The notes beneath the pieces were generated by a model. The model was given only the letters and a program-made list of their open reading frames with translations. It did not search any database and was not told the origin of the DNA. A stretch of 64,000 bases of DNA, taken from the IMG/VR virus record IMGVR_UViG_3300022187_000017, positions 1 through 64,000 of that record; one strand, 5' to 3'. The number at the start of each line of letters is the position of its first letter. Within the stretch, counting starts at the first letter, position 1. Shown here piece by piece: positions 10,195-21,068 of this stretch. Both the position numbers and the translations under genes were made by a program. Source of the stretch: a virus.

Positions 10195-11838
10195 TTAGCT
10201 CAATCCTGATGTGTCATCCAGAATTCTAGCTGTTAAGAAAATCTTATTAACTTCATAATTTGGATTTATTCCAAACTGGATTTTATATGCATCAGAGTCT
10301 ATCTCTACAGTTACATCACTGGAACTGATGATCAAGTTATCTACTGTATTAGTAGCTTCAACATCCTTCAGGTAGTTAACTACCCAAACTCTGACAGTTT
10401 CACTGTCTATTGTGTTTCTATTAGGGCCTGAAACTTGATTTCCAAGTAGGTCTAATATAGCTTGTTTCTTCATTCCAGCCAATAGCTCTCTCATGATTCT
10501 CACAAGTGAGATCTGGTGAGTACTTCCATCAGAATTAACAACAAATGTGTTAAGCTGAACTGTATTGACTCCTTGAACAATTGAAAAGAATTCTAGCTCA
10601 GGAGCATATTTCGTCATCAAAACTCCTGCATCTAATCCAATAGAAACTTCCTGATCTGTTAATGAATGAGCCTCCCCTGATATTGAAATACCTTTGAATG
10701 TTGGAGGTGTCTGAGGATCTAATCCTGCTAAACGACCTGTTACCAGTGCTGCTTTGTACAGTGCATCTTTTAGTCTTAGTGGGTTTACAAGATCACCCGG
10801 ATTGCTTACATAGCACCCACCATGAACCACAACCACATTCTGAGAGTTATGTGCTGTTGCTGCTGCTACTGATTGAGATGCAAAAGTTCCACTTGTTGCT
10901 CCACCACCAATTACATACATTGCTGGATCATTCATCTCAGTATCTAAGTAAGCTGCAATCTTATTAGCATCTACTGAAGTAGCATTACCTGCTTGATCTT
11001 CCATTAAGATGAAATTAATATTCACATCTTTAATTGCTGTAAGTGCAGCAGTGACTTGAGCTGTATCATACGCTGATGTACCACCTGAGAATAAGTTATT
11101 ACCTAAAAGAGTAGTTAAATCTCCTGCTACAATAGCTCCTGTGAATGCTGCTCCTGTTACAATTGTGAAATTGTTGACAAAATCAATATCGTTAACTGCC
11201 CAAAGTAGCATACCTTCCACTGTATCTTCCTCACTAGATTGAGCAATTAATGTTGGACTAGTATCTACCTCTGCTATATTGTTGTATGAATTGCCATTAC
11301 TGTCATTACCTACAAATGAGCCTCTCCAGAACTTCATTATGAATTTAGCTGGATCATTTACACCAGCTGTTAAAGTAATTGCATACCCTTTGGTTAAAAG
11401 ATCTGTTGCTCCTTCTACACCATTTCCTGAAATACCTTCATTCAATAGTCCAAATTCTAATGTAGGATTTGATGCTATTGCTAGGACTGCAGTTGCAGCC
11501 ACTGTTGTTAATGCTCTTGTATACACAATATTAGATGCTCCATTTATTTTAGATCCAAAAGGTCTAAATAATGGAACTGCCATATCATACCATTGACCAC
11601 CACCAATCCACTTCTGGAATTGAGTGATACTGGTGAATGTGTAAAATGAATCTTTCCCTGTTGTTGCTTCTCCAGCAATCCCTGCTCCATTTCCATGAAC
11701 TGAGAGAGGATCTTTGTCAATAATTAGTACAGTACCACTGTCTAATTCTAATCTAGGATTGTTAACTCCACTTTCTACAGTACCGAATACTCCGGGTTTG
11801 TCAACCTTCTTTCCTCCAAATATAAAACTAGTAGCCAT
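10195..11838 (-). CDS. Contractile tail sheath protein
   Basis: N-terminal KPGVF, AALVTGRLAG..PQTPPTFK, IVQGVNT, ISLVRI, C-terminal P..EVNKI motifs; 547 aa. Confidence 0.92.
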   Translation of the reverse strand: MATSFIFGGKKVDKPGVFGTVESGVNNPRLELDSGTVLIIDKDPLSVHGNGAGIAGEATTGKDSFYTFTSITQFQKWIGGGQWYDMAVPLFRPFGSKINGASNIVYTRALTTVAATAVLAIASNPTLEFGLLNEGISGNGVEGATDLLTKGYAITLTAGVNDPAKFIMKFWRGSFVGNDSNGNSYNNIAEVDTSPTLIAQSSEEDTVEGMLLWAVNDIDFVNNFTIVTGAAFTGAIVAGDLTTLLGNNLFSGGTSAYDTAQVTAALTAIKDVNINFILMEDQAGNATSVDANKIAAYLDTEMNDPAMYVIGGGATSGTFASQSVAAATAHNSQNVVVVHGGCYVSNPGDLVNPLRLKDALYKAALVTGRLAGLDPQTPPTFKGISISGEAHSLTDQEVSIGLDAGVLMTKYAPELEFFSIVQGVNTVQLNTFVVNSDGSTHQISLVRIMRELLAGMKKQAILDLLGNQVSGPNRNTIDSETVRVWVVNYLKDVEATNTVDNLIISSSDVTVEIDSDAYKIQFGINPNYEVNKIFLTARILDDTSGLS

Positions 11839-11896
11839 TTATTTTGTTTTTTAATATATATATTTGTTAATATAACAAAATTAAATCAATCTTTCC

Positions 11897-12157
11897 TTAC
11901 TTCTCTGATATATTTACTGCTTTTATAACAGTAGCTTTGACCAAAATGGCCTTCCACTCAGAGAATAATTTCTTCTCACCTCTATATTTTCTGATCACTG
12001 CGACTCTATCCAATGGGTGAATTCCACCATGTAGATCACAAAATCTATCTATAGCACACTCTGTTGTTTCTAAAGTAGAAACAACCTCTGGTGTAACCTT
12101 TGGAGTAACCTTTGGAGTACTCTCTACTGGAGTTTCTTTTGTTTGCTTTTTAGCCAT
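11897..12157 (-). CDS. Small hypothetical virion-module protein with TPKV repeats
   Basis: 86 aa ORF upstream of sheath, a slot occupied by a small gene in Twort-like phages. Confidence 0.55.
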   Translation of the reverse strand: MAKKQTKETPVESTPKVTPKVTPEVVSTLETTECAIDRFCDLHGGIHPLDRVAVIRKYRGEKKLFSEWKAILVKATVIKAVNISEK

Positions 12158-12163
12158 GTCTTT

Positions 12164-12940
12164 TTATTTTAATTCTTCTATAGTAAGTGGTATTTTTGGA
12201 TCAATAGGATCCTCATCATACCCATCCCCTACAGCACCTGATGATAAATCATTTGACCTAGGGAATACAAGGCTACTAAAACTTTCAGTTAAATGGAAGT
12301 TAGGAACCACTGCCTCATTAGCACTATCAATAATAATGCTCCTGCTGTAAAAATGCTCTCCAGCAGCAGTATCATTCATCTTTAACTCATGCCCTGAGAC
12401 ATGAGGATTCTGGAACATATCCAGTATCAATGTATCAAAGATAGCTAAAATTCCGTACTTTACCAAGAAATACATCAACTGAACTTCAATCCAATTATCT
12501 GATGTGAATATTATTGCTATTCTAGTCTGGTACCTTCTTATTCTTTTCTCATAGAAAGTATTGTCATTAGGATTCTCTGTAGGTATTAAATGGCCATGAT
12601 TTGTACTTGATACAAATCCACCACCAATCCAATTATCCTTCTCCTGTTCTGATGGAGCTGCTATATGCATTGTAGGAACATTCTCCCTGTCCTTATCATA
12701 GTAAGATCTTATAGTCACTTTTCTAGCATTTCCTGCTACTGTATCAGCCTGTCTAGTGATAAATAGATCTACTGCCTGAGCATATAGATCATACTTACCA
12801 TTATCATATGATAGGCCATTAAACATCTGTCCAATTACAGACTCTGTTTTGGTAGTCCTAGCATCATAATCAGCCTTTATCCCTGCCATGAAATTCTGGA
12901 GGATTGTTTGCAATTCTAATTCTTGTATCTTTAATGCCAT
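12164..12940 (-). CDS. Putative tail terminator/neck protein
   Basis: Synteny between neck genes and sheath; P.MHI....EQE motif. Confidence 0.5.
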   Translation of the reverse strand: MALKIQELELQTILQNFMAGIKADYDARTTKTESVIGQMFNGLSYDNGKYDLYAQAVDLFITRQADTVAGNARKVTIRSYYDKDRENVPTMHIAAPSEQEKDNWIGGGFVSSTNHGHLIPTENPNDNTFYEKRIRRYQTRIAIIFTSDNWIEVQLMYFLVKYGILAIFDTLILDMFQNPHVSGHELKMNDTAAGEHFYSRSIIIDSANEAVVPNFHLTESFSSLVFPRSNDLSSGAVGDGYDEDPIDPKIPLTIEELK

Positions 12941-13683
12941 TATAAACTACTTAAAAAATCATCTATTACTAATTTCATTTTATCTCCCATATCAAAGTTA
13001 TCCCATGCTTTTTGAGCTAGATTCTTCTCAGAGAATCCCGGGTGAATAAATGCATCTGGATCACTATTAACACTCACCCTTCTAAAATTTACATAACCTC
13101 CAGTTGTTTTCTGCATCCCTTCATAAATTGAAGTCCTCTTATTCTTTGGAAGGCTAGATACATCTGTTATTCTTTTTCTTAACGCCTGAGACTTTGGTAT
13201 ATGATACTGCTCTGGTATCTGACCTAATTTTAATTGCCTTCCAGCTAATGCCTTAGTAGTCTCATGGATCACTGTTGGCATTACACTTGCAAAGGCCTGA
13301 CTCTCTCCCAGTGATGTTGATACTCCAAATCTAAATGGAATTGTCAGCATTGGATCTCCAGACTTGGTATACTTCACCTTATTAGACTGCAGGAATCCTA
13401 TCTTCATATCAAATGAATCAGCTCCCATCTCAATAGCATTGGCTATCCACTCTACAGGATCTAGATAGGCCACTCCTGTAAATCTACCCCTACTTTCAGT
13501 CTGGATAGCTCTCTTGTACATCTCCCTAGTGGATCCTAGGTGCTGATTAGCCTGATTCTCCCACTCCCTTGCATACTCCTGTGTAATAGTTGTTACAGCC
13601 AACTCTCTCAAGTCATCTACTTGAGATGCTGCTAAACTGAACTCTTCAGCTAAGGCTCTGGTATCTATTGTTACAGGTATCAT
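12940..13683 (-). CDS. Neck / tail-completion protein
   Basis: ANAIEMGADSFDMK..FL, LTIPFR, YVNFRRVSVNSDPDAFIHPG motifs seen in SPO1/Twort-like neck proteins. Confidence 0.65.
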   Translation of the reverse strand: MIPVTIDTRALAEEFSLAASQVDDLRELAVTTITQEYAREWENQANQHLGSTREMYKRAIQTESRGRFTGVAYLDPVEWIANAIEMGADSFDMKIGFLQSNKVKYTKSGDPMLTIPFRFGVSTSLGESQAFASVMPTVIHETTKALAGRQLKLGQIPEQYHIPKSQALRKRITDVSSLPKNKRTSIYEGMQKTTGGYVNFRRVSVNSDPDAFIHPGFSEKNLAQKAWDNFDMGDKMKLVIDDFLSSL

Positions 13684-13762
13684 TACTTACAATATAGTGT
13701 TTTTTATCATAGTATCTCTCTTACTGGTATGTTATATTAGATCAAGACCACTAGTTTGTTTA

Positions 13763-15481
13763 TTATACTTCTTCAAAAAATAATTCTACAACTGCATGAG
13801 CAGTAGTTGAACCACCACCAGTAGAGTGCCATAGAACAGATACAACTTCTCCTGCTAAAATAGTAGTACTTGCTACACCAGTAGCACTATCCCATCTATC
13901 ATTATAAGTTCTTTGAACCGCTGTTCCTCCTCCTCCATTAGCAGCCTCTTCTAATAATACTGCTTTATTAGTAAAAGTAGCCTGATACCAAGGGTCTCCA
14001 TTGGGTATTGCATATTTAATAACCCCTAATGATACAACACCATGTGCCTGTACTGCTTGAATTTGCATAGAAACTCCTATTAATTTACAATTAACAAAAG
14101 GAACAAAGAAAGAAGTTAAATCGTTTCCATTTACAGAACTTAAAGTTGCACCAAAGCTAGTACTAAGTGCTGTACTACCAAAAGTACCTCCCCTCCATAC
14201 TCCTGCTCCACCTGTATTTATAACTATATAACTTCTACTACTCCATTGTCTTGGAGCACCACCTACACCGGGACCTCCTTTTTCAGCAATCAAATCCCAA
14301 TCAGCATGAGTTGGTAATTCTGTTGTACTAGCTACTACACATACATAAGAACTACCATTATATTCTACTGCTTGATTCAATATATAAGTTCCTGCAATAT
14401 AAGGCCCTTGCCAGCTGATATCCCCATCAGCTCCATCAGCTCCATCATTTCCAGATGGCCCTACAGCTCCACCACTAATTCTTCCTATACTTAATGTTGT
14501 TCCATTCTGTACTATGATATTAGTTGAGAGAGAGTGAGTTCTTCTTAGAGTAAAGTCTATTGTATCTCCTGCTGCTAATTGTAGCATTATACCAACAAAT
14601 ATTTGTGCTACTTGATGCTGACTATCCCCTCTAACATAACCTCCTCTAAATACATTAGGTAGTTCTACTCCATTGATTAGTATTTTTACCTCACCTCCAT
14701 ATCTAAGTAGAGTAGTGGTTCCATATAAATCAATATTTGCATTGATTAAATAAACACCATTTGCATTAATGGTTATTTGATTTGCTACTAGAGAATAATC
14801 ACTATCTTCATGTTCTATAACATTCCATTGTAAAGCAAAGGCTGTTGCACTATCAGCACTTTGTTCAGATGTATTCATATATCGAGCATATTTAAAAGAA
14901 TCTAATACACTCCATTTAATTTTATTAGGTTGAGCTAAATCAACTTGTAAAACGGATCCATCAGCACCTACAGGCAATCTTTCATCCTCAGTAGCTCCCC
15001 TAACAATCATATCTCCAAGAGTTGTAGTTGGAGTAGTGGATCCTGCTACCACATCCAGACTCTCTTCTTCAGATAGTTTTCTGTAATCACCTAAAACTCC
15101 TGTAGTGGCTGCTAATTTTTGATATAATGCCCATCCTAGATCTACTGTTGCATCAGTGGTAGCATCTACTACTATGTAGATGTAATTCTCTGTCTGGGAT
15201 CCTTGAGCTGCTAGTAGAGCTGCAATGGTTGCATAGTTATCAGATATTGCTGGAGATGTTGCTGCTGCTATTAATGCACTTACCTCAGAAAATGTTTGAA
15301 ATGCTGAATCATTATTGAGTAATGAAATATCATCCCCAGTTTGCATTGGACACTCTTGTTTTAATGAGATCCCATCATTTGATACTATCCATCTATGGAC
15401 TCTATCATCTACTAATAGATAATATACATCACTTGGATCATAAGGCCCTGCTGGGAGTGCTGTTACTTTATGTTTTGCCAT
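13763..15481 (-). CDS. Fibre/whisker-like protein (C1q/BclA-like domain, short collagen-like stretch, CBM5/12-like motif)
   Basis: GVYLINANI C1q-like region, GPSGNDGADGADG triplets, WQGPY..GTY...AVEYNGSSYVC motif; inserted among neck genes. Confidence 0.6.
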   Translation of the reverse strand: MAKHKVTALPAGPYDPSDVYYLLVDDRVHRWIVSNDGISLKQECPMQTGDDISLLNNDSAFQTFSEVSALIAAATSPAISDNYATIAALLAAQGSQTENYIYIVVDATTDATVDLGWALYQKLAATTGVLGDYRKLSEEESLDVVAGSTTPTTTLGDMIVRGATEDERLPVGADGSVLQVDLAQPNKIKWSVLDSFKYARYMNTSEQSADSATAFALQWNVIEHEDSDYSLVANQITINANGVYLINANIDLYGTTTLLRYGGEVKILINGVELPNVFRGGYVRGDSQHQVAQIFVGIMLQLAAGDTIDFTLRRTHSLSTNIIVQNGTTLSIGRISGGAVGPSGNDGADGADGDISWQGPYIAGTYILNQAVEYNGSSYVCVVASTTELPTHADWDLIAEKGGPGVGGAPRQWSSRSYIVINTGGAGVWRGGTFGSTALSTSFGATLSSVNGNDLTSFFVPFVNCKLIGVSMQIQAVQAHGVVSLGVIKYAIPNGDPWYQATFTNKAVLLEEAANGGGGTAVQRTYNDRWDSATGVASTTILAGEVVSVLWHSTGGGSTTAHAVVELFFEEV

Positions 15482-15482
15482 G

Positions 15483-16469
15483 TTACCATTGTTCTGTTGC
15501 CCAATCAGAAGTCAATGTATCCCACTCAGTTCCATCCCATCCTTGGAATAAGCCTGTTGTATTGTTGAATACAATTAATGCTACTGTTGGAGTTAACCCA
15601 TCTATTTCAGCTTGAGAATATGAGTTAATAGTTATTGTCTGTCCATTAAGTGTTAATCCTACTGTCTCTGCACAAGTAGGAGTAAAACTATTATCAAATA
15701 GATATGCCTCATCAATAGATGTCTCATTTATCACATAATGCATTGTTCTAGCTACTGCATGAACAGGGAATGAGTAATGATCTTCCTTTTTTGTTGTATG
15801 ATGTAAACTCTCTGATGATATTATTGATCTAGGTAGATCTAACACCACAAATACTGGATTATGCTGGTACCTAATTGTAATTGTTAAATTAGTTATCCCA
15901 TTAAGTGATGGATCCAATGTTAGTATATTACCTCCTATAGATCCATCTGTAGGTAATGTTAATGATATTAATGCTGTAGTTGTTGTGTCAAATCTAAATA
16001 TAGCCTCTACTGAGATAGGCCTGTACCTTAATCTGGCTCTCATAGTGCCATCATCATAAATTTCTGGCCTTACCACCTCCGTATAAGAAGTTAGTCCCTC
16101 AGTGAGCCTAATTTTGTCCATATAACCAAGTTCTACCTCTTGGTATGTTGTGATGGATGCTGTTCCTATATCTTCTTTTGACCAATCCTTAAACTTGGTA
16201 TCCTTATTCATTGACTGAACTACAGCCTTTGTAGATACTGGATTGTACCATAGCCATCCAGATCCTCCACAATTCCTGCATTCAGGTAATGCTTGAGATC
16301 CAACTGATGCACATGGACATACTAATGCCTTCTCTATGACCACTGGGTACCCTTTCTGCTCTACAAGAGTGTCAAAATTCCTCTTCTGGAGAGATCCTTT
16401 TGGCTTATTCCTTAGAACTGAAGTAGGAGTCTTAGCAAGTTGTGTTGTATTATCTGTTGGAGTTGGCAT
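15483..16469 (-). CDS. Neck/head-closure protein with Cys-rich Zn motif
   Basis: CPC...CRNCGGSG motif as in Twort-like post-capsid neck genes; C-terminal IVFNNTTGLFQGWDGTEW fibre-like tail. Confidence 0.65.
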   Translation of the reverse strand: MPTPTDNTTQLAKTPTSVLRNKPKGSLQKRNFDTLVEQKGYPVVIEKALVCPCASVGSQALPECRNCGGSGWLWYNPVSTKAVVQSMNKDTKFKDWSKEDIGTASITTYQEVELGYMDKIRLTEGLTSYTEVVRPEIYDDGTMRARLRYRPISVEAIFRFDTTTTALISLTLPTDGSIGGNILTLDPSLNGITNLTITIRYQHNPVFVVLDLPRSIISSESLHHTTKKEDHYSFPVHAVARTMHYVINETSIDEAYLFDNSFTPTCAETVGLTLNGQTITINSYSQAEIDGLTPTVALIVFNNTTGLFQGWDGTEWDTLTSDWATEQW

Positions 16470-16472
16470 AAT

Positions 16473-17264
16473 TTACATTGATCTTATAACCATCCCATCA
16501 TATTTTAACTTTAATCTTGGTAGAGATAGTTTAAGATCAGCTAAATATCCTGTGATCCTAGCTCCGTAACCTGCATTTGTTGCAGAAGATGTTGTACTAA
16601 TACTTTGTGATAGTCCATCGATTGATACACTCTCAGATGCTATACCTGCACCTAATATGATATCACCCATCTGATGGAAGATTCCTATTGATGCCAATTT
16701 ACCAGCTGCATCTGCTAAGTCTGCTGGTAATTTTTGAAATGATGTGCAGTACTTTACCCTCCAGTAGTTAGGAATTGACTTTCCAGCCATCCAGCCTGCT
16801 AATGGTAGTATTCCTGCATATACTGCACTTCCTGATCCTGAGACTCCTACTCCACCTGATCCGGGTACCAAATAGAAAGACCTATGAGCTCCTGTTGGAT
16901 CATTGGTACTCTTTATTGATATCCAGTCTGTAGGATAAGTCAATTGAGTCTGGCCAGCAGCTAGTCCCATCATCTCATGAGCTGCTAATACTGGATAGGA
17001 TACTGGAAGATAACTCCACTCTGTAAAGTCATCTACATAATAGTGTAGACTCTCCTCTACGATCTGCTTAGATAGCTTGAGGTTCAAATAACCTTCTAAC
17101 TGCTCTACTGCAGACTCTATATGGAATTCTATACTTTTCTGATCTATTGGGTTCCCACTTTGATCAGTTAATCCTATACCAAAGAAATAGCGACTTACCA
17201 ATTCTGTTGTAGATATTGGTAAGTCACTTCTCTCAATTGGAAAATTATATGCTACTGTAGGCAT
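16473..17264 (-). CDS. Head-tail adaptor protein
   Basis: IESAVEQLEGYL, VKY..SF..LPADL, GIASESVSIDGLSQS motifs; position after capsid gene. Confidence 0.7.
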   Translation of the reverse strand: MPTVAYNFPIERSDLPISTTELVSRYFFGIGLTDQSGNPIDQKSIEFHIESAVEQLEGYLNLKLSKQIVEESLHYYVDDFTEWSYLPVSYPVLAAHEMMGLAAGQTQLTYPTDWISIKSTNDPTGAHRSFYLVPGSGGVGVSGSGSAVYAGILPLAGWMAGKSIPNYWRVKYCTSFQKLPADLADAAGKLASIGIFHQMGDIILGAGIASESVSIDGLSQSISTTSSATNAGYGARITGYLADLKLSLPRLKLKYDGMVIRSM

Positions 17265-17273
17265 CTACATTGA

Positions 17274-17750
17274 TTAAATCAAATTATTATCAACAATAAG
17301 GTTTACTAATGTCTCATTTGAGGAATTACCTTTAAATTCCACTTCTCCTTCAGTAAGGATTGCCTTTAGCTCCTTGTTAGAGTGTTTAGATAACACTTCT
17401 ACTAGATCAGCCTTCTCTTGTTCAGATAATGGATCTGGAGGAGTATCTTCTTCCTCATCTACCTTTCCATTCTGTGGAGGATCTGTAACAGGCTCCTTTA
17501 TAGCTTCTGGCTCTGGATCTGCATTTGGGTCTATAATTTCTTCATCTACTACTTCAATCTCCTTTACAGGAGTAGTAGTAGGATCTTTTGTCTCTTTACC
17601 TACTAGTGTTACTTTACCTTGTGAGTTTAATAAGGCAGCCATCTCATTGGATACATCGGCCTCACATTTATCATCAAAATTTACTGTTCCTAAATTGTTA
17701 GTGATTGAAGAATTAGCATCCCAATCTCTGTTTGACTTCACTTTTTGCAT
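17274..17750 (-). CDS. Hypothetical protein with C-terminal HeH/Rho-N-like helical motif
   Basis: LSKHSNKELKAIL...NETLVNLI after an acidic Pro-rich linker. Confidence 0.5.
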   Translation of the reverse strand: MQKVKSNRDWDANSSITNNLGTVNFDDKCEADVSNEMAALLNSQGKVTLVGKETKDPTTTPVKEIEVVDEEIIDPNADPEPEAIKEPVTDPPQNGKVDEEEDTPPDPLSEQEKADLVEVLSKHSNKELKAILTEGEVEFKGNSSNETLVNLIVDNNLI

Positions 17751-17781
17751 TACTTTCTATTTTTGTTAATATTACTATTTT

Positions 17782-17814
17782 AAAAAAGCCTCCTCTGGTG
17801 AAAGAAGAGGCTTT
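17782..17814 (-). terminator. Rho-independent terminator after major capsid gene
   Basis: Minus strand AAAGCCTCTTCT-TTCACC-AGAGGAGGCTTTTTT. Confidence 0.8.
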
Positions 17815-17839
17815 GATTATATATCCCTGTGTGTCTTAC

Positions 17840-19366
17840 TTAGACAATGGTAAATTTACCAATGTTTATAAAACGGATAGTCTTACTTGGTACATACAGG
17901 ATTGGAGTTCCATATAACAAGATCATAAATCTGTTAATTGGTGCCAAAACTGCCAGATCCATTTTCATCATTGGAGCCAATTGCTTGAATCCAAATATCT
18001 CCTTATCAGACTGAAGTAGCATAGCCTCCTCAGTGTTAGGTAAGAATCTGTTATTGTCACGAACTGCTAATGCAGCTGCTCCATCCACTCCTGCTACAAG
18101 AGAACCTCTCTTAACATCTGTACCAGCTGCTGGTACAGTCATGATTGGATAGAAATCAGTTGATGCTGCTGCTGCAGATGGATCAACTTCTGAACGATAG
18201 ATCACATAAGCCTCTGGAGCATATGCTCCACCACCTGATACAAAGATCAAGTCAACTGCCTCAGTAGTTGCTACTGTGATTGTTCCACCCACTTGTACTA
18301 ATGCACTCTCTCCATATCGATTGATAGCAGATACTGCATAGTAGTAATCTCCTGCTCCATCAGCAAACCTTGTTAAAGGTGCTGCTACTACTGGTGTAGC
18401 AGATGTTGGAGTTGGAGTAGCTGGTGCCTTAGCAGAACTTGCAGTTCCACCAATAGCCTTAGATGTTCCTTTCACAGCGAAAATATCATGCTCTAAATCG
18501 ATTGTTGCGAATCTAGAGAAATACTTAGTCACTGGCTGACCTAGGCCTGTTCCACCCGGATTACCACCACCAGACTGATTGAATCGTCTTTGAGCAAATA
18601 GCTGCAAAGAGAAGTCTGTGATGATCTGTGGAGGCCCTATCAAAAGATCTGGATGTGCATAATAGCGAAGTAATGTCTCACATGCATCTTCAACATTAGA
18701 TTCTTTTAATGCTCCTCCTCTAAGATCTACAACATGATCAGATTCCATATACTGCTCTAATGAAGAGTAGTTATCCATGTTCAAGTGCTGTGCATAGATA
18801 CCATTCCACTCATCTGAAACTACTGCCTCATCTGCATAGAATAATCCACGATCAGCTTTCTGAAGTAAGTATAACATACCATCAGAAATTTCTTTACGAT
18901 ACAAGTCACCAACTTGGTTCTTCACCAACTGGGCAACATGTGTTACACCTCTTGATACACCCATGTACTTAACTTTTTCAAGTTTACGAGTGTACAGAGA
19001 GTTTTCTTCTTCTGGGAGTTCTCCTTCTGACCAAAAACCTCCACGATCTTGACCATAAGATGTTTGTACGTTGAACTCTTCCACAGTACTGTAGGCAGCT
19101 TCTTTAGCTACTCTTTTCCAGAATCGAATGTGTGAATCTTTCCATTGCGTTAAACGTAACGCATTGTCTAATGATTCATACTTTAACGCTCCAGCATTTG
19201 TCTGGCCAGCAGAAGTGATATCACCACCCTGTACATGTCCAGCTTCCATTGCTTTGGAGAGATCCTGTAACTCTTGAGAACTCATACTAGCATCATTGAC
19301 ATCTTCTTGACCGAAAGAAGCTCCATGTCCTAGTTGGTAATCCCCTAATTTAATTGATAAACTCAT
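17840..19366 (-). CDS. Major capsid protein (SPO1/Twort-like, with Ig-like insertion)
   Basis: ALKYESLD..L, AYSTVEEF, EGELP, VVDLRG, YYYAVSAINRYGES, APMMKMDLA...FMILLYG motifs; follows prohead protease. Confidence 0.93.
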   Translation of the reverse strand: MSLSIKLGDYQLGHGASFGQEDVNDASMSSQELQDLSKAMEAGHVQGGDITSAGQTNAGALKYESLDNALRLTQWKDSHIRFWKRVAKEAAYSTVEEFNVQTSYGQDRGGFWSEGELPEEENSLYTRKLEKVKYMGVSRGVTHVAQLVKNQVGDLYRKEISDGMLYLLQKADRGLFYADEAVVSDEWNGIYAQHLNMDNYSSLEQYMESDHVVDLRGGALKESNVEDACETLLRYYAHPDLLIGPPQIITDFSLQLFAQRRFNQSGGGNPGGTGLGQPVTKYFSRFATIDLEHDIFAVKGTSKAIGGTASSAKAPATPTPTSATPVVAAPLTRFADGAGDYYYAVSAINRYGESALVQVGGTITVATTEAVDLIFVSGGGAYAPEAYVIYRSEVDPSAAAASTDFYPIMTVPAAGTDVKRGSLVAGVDGAAALAVRDNNRFLPNTEEAMLLQSDKEIFGFKQLAPMMKMDLAVLAPINRFMILLYGTPILYVPSKTIRFINIGKFTIV

Positions 19367-19407
19367 TTGTTTTTCTTTTTATATAATCAATACCGAGCTT
19401 CAATCGG

Positions 19408-21060
19408 TTAGTCTAATATTGTGATTCCTTCACTCTTAGCAAATTCTCTAAGTCTTGGAGTTATTATACTTCCAGCCTCTAGAGCCATTAGATCACCTCT
19501 AACACCTTCAACTACATTTGATGTAGGATCTTCTGATTTCTGCAAGAATGCATCTGTCAACTTAGTTGCTAGAATATTTTTTTGCTTAGACACTGAATAA
19601 ACAGTCCCACCTAAAACATCAGCTTCATCTCCTTTGATGATCTCACCCGGCTTGGCAAGATACTCACTTGTAGTTACTGTCCTTGCCTCTAGTGGAGCAC
19701 CCTTTAATGCTTCTATCTCATCAGATAATCCTTTAATAAGAACTCCAACTGCTTGGAATTTCTCATCACTGGCTGTCTTATTCTTTTCTAAATGACCTGA
19801 GATCATTGTAGAAAGTCCTTTAATCAGGCTATCCTGATCTGTTGGCTCTACAACTTCCTCTTCAGTAGTTGCAGCTGTCTCAACTTCTTCTTCTTCTTCA
19901 ACTTCTTCTTCTTCAACTTCTTCTTCAACCTCTTCTACAACTTCTACAACTTCTTCTGTAGATAACGCTGTAATAGCTGCTAAACTTTTTTCTAGCTCAG
20001 ATTTTCTCTCAGCAATTTCTTCTGGAGACATCTCTGACAATTCCTTGCCACTGGCCATCTCAACAACTTCTTCTGTAGCATCATCCTCAACTACCTCAGT
20101 AGTTTGAGCCTTAACCACAGACAAAGCCTCTAATGCAGAATTGAAATCCTCATCTGATACTTTTTTTTCTGTGCCTGTATTTTCTGTTTGCATCTTTATT
20201 TTTTTGAAATTTAATACATAATTATAAACACTATCAGCTTGCTTCTGAGTAGTGCCTTTATATCGATTAAGTAGTAAATTAGTGAATTCAGACTTACTAA
20301 ACAACTTCTCTTCCGATTTTTTTTCTTTTTTTGTCTTAGAATAAGTCCCATTATCACACTTATGTATGTAACCAGCCTTCTCTAATTCATCTTTATCCTT
20401 GAATTCCTTACCATCATCACTCTTGTAAATCTCTGATTTAGTGTCAGTTTCAAGATCCTCTGGGATAAGTGCATCTGTTGATTCAGTGTCTGCTGCCTTC
20501 TGGATGATCCTACCATCTGTCCCTACTTTGAAGTCACCTAATGCATCAAAGTCTATGAGTTCACCTAATTTGAGACTCTTAGCTATCTCTGTAGTAGTTC
20601 CTAAGTTAATTGGATGAGGAGTGATTGCTAGATCAGTGATCATAGCTCTCTTGATTTTTTTCTTATCATTTGGATCAGTCTCTAGTACCTTACCTTCTAT
20701 AGAAAGACCTAGGCTTAATCCATTTTCTTGCATGGCCTTTGATAGAGCATAAACTTCCTCAGCCATCTTATGTCCTTTAAATAGATAGTAATCTACTTCT
20801 AGATTCCCCTCCTTATTTACTCCAGCAGATGTAGGCTTCCCTATAATGGACATGGGATTCTTCTTCCATTCATGATTCCAGTTGATCAGGCCATTCTTTA
20901 AGAAGTAGGCTAGTTCAAATCCTGATGGATCCAATGTATCACCCTGAGTATCCTTTTTAGGAGTAGAGGCTACACCCTTCATGAGCATAGTCCCATTCTT
21001 GCCTTCTCCTTTGGCCTTTATGAGGTCTATTCTTGTATTATAGCTGAATGTTCTTTCCAT
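19408..21060 (-). CDS. Prohead protease fused to acidic scaffold region
   Basis: GVAST...DTQGD, INWNH, GLSIEGKV, AITPHPIN (HK97/U35-type protease); Glu-rich C-terminal half. Confidence 0.88.
   Translation of the reverse strand: MERTFSYNTRIDLIKAKGEGKNGTMLMKGVASTPKKDTQGDTLDPSGFELAYFLKNGLINWNHEWKKNPMSIIGKPTSAGVNKEGNLEVDYYLFKGHKMAEEVYALSKAMQENGLSLGLSIEGKVLETDPNDKKKIKRAMITDLAITPHPINLGTTTEIAKSLKLGELIDFDALGDFKVGTDGRIIQKAADTESTDALIPEDLETDTKSEIYKSDDGKEFKDKDELEKAGYIHKCDNGTYSKTKKEKKSEEKLFSKSEFTNLLLNRYKGTTQKQADSVYNYVLNFKKIKMQTENTGTEKKVSDEDFNSALEALSVVKAQTTEVVEDDATEEVVEMASGKELSEMSPEEIAERKSELEKSLAAITALSTEEVVEVVEEVEEEVEEEEVEEEEEVETAATTEEEVVEPTDQDSLIKGLSTMISGHLEKNKTASDEKFQAVGVLIKGLSDEIEALKGAPLEARTVTTSEYLAKPGEIIKGDEADVLGGTVYSVSKQKNILATKLTDAFLQKSEDPTSNVVEGVRGDLMALEAGSIITPRLREFAKSEGITILD
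19860..19960 (-). repeat. Low-complexity GAA/GTT repeats encoding EEVVEVVEEVEEEVEEEEVEEEEEVE
   Basis: Tandem aacttcttc... units visible in the sequence. Confidence 0.8.
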
Positions 21061-21068
21061 TATAAATT

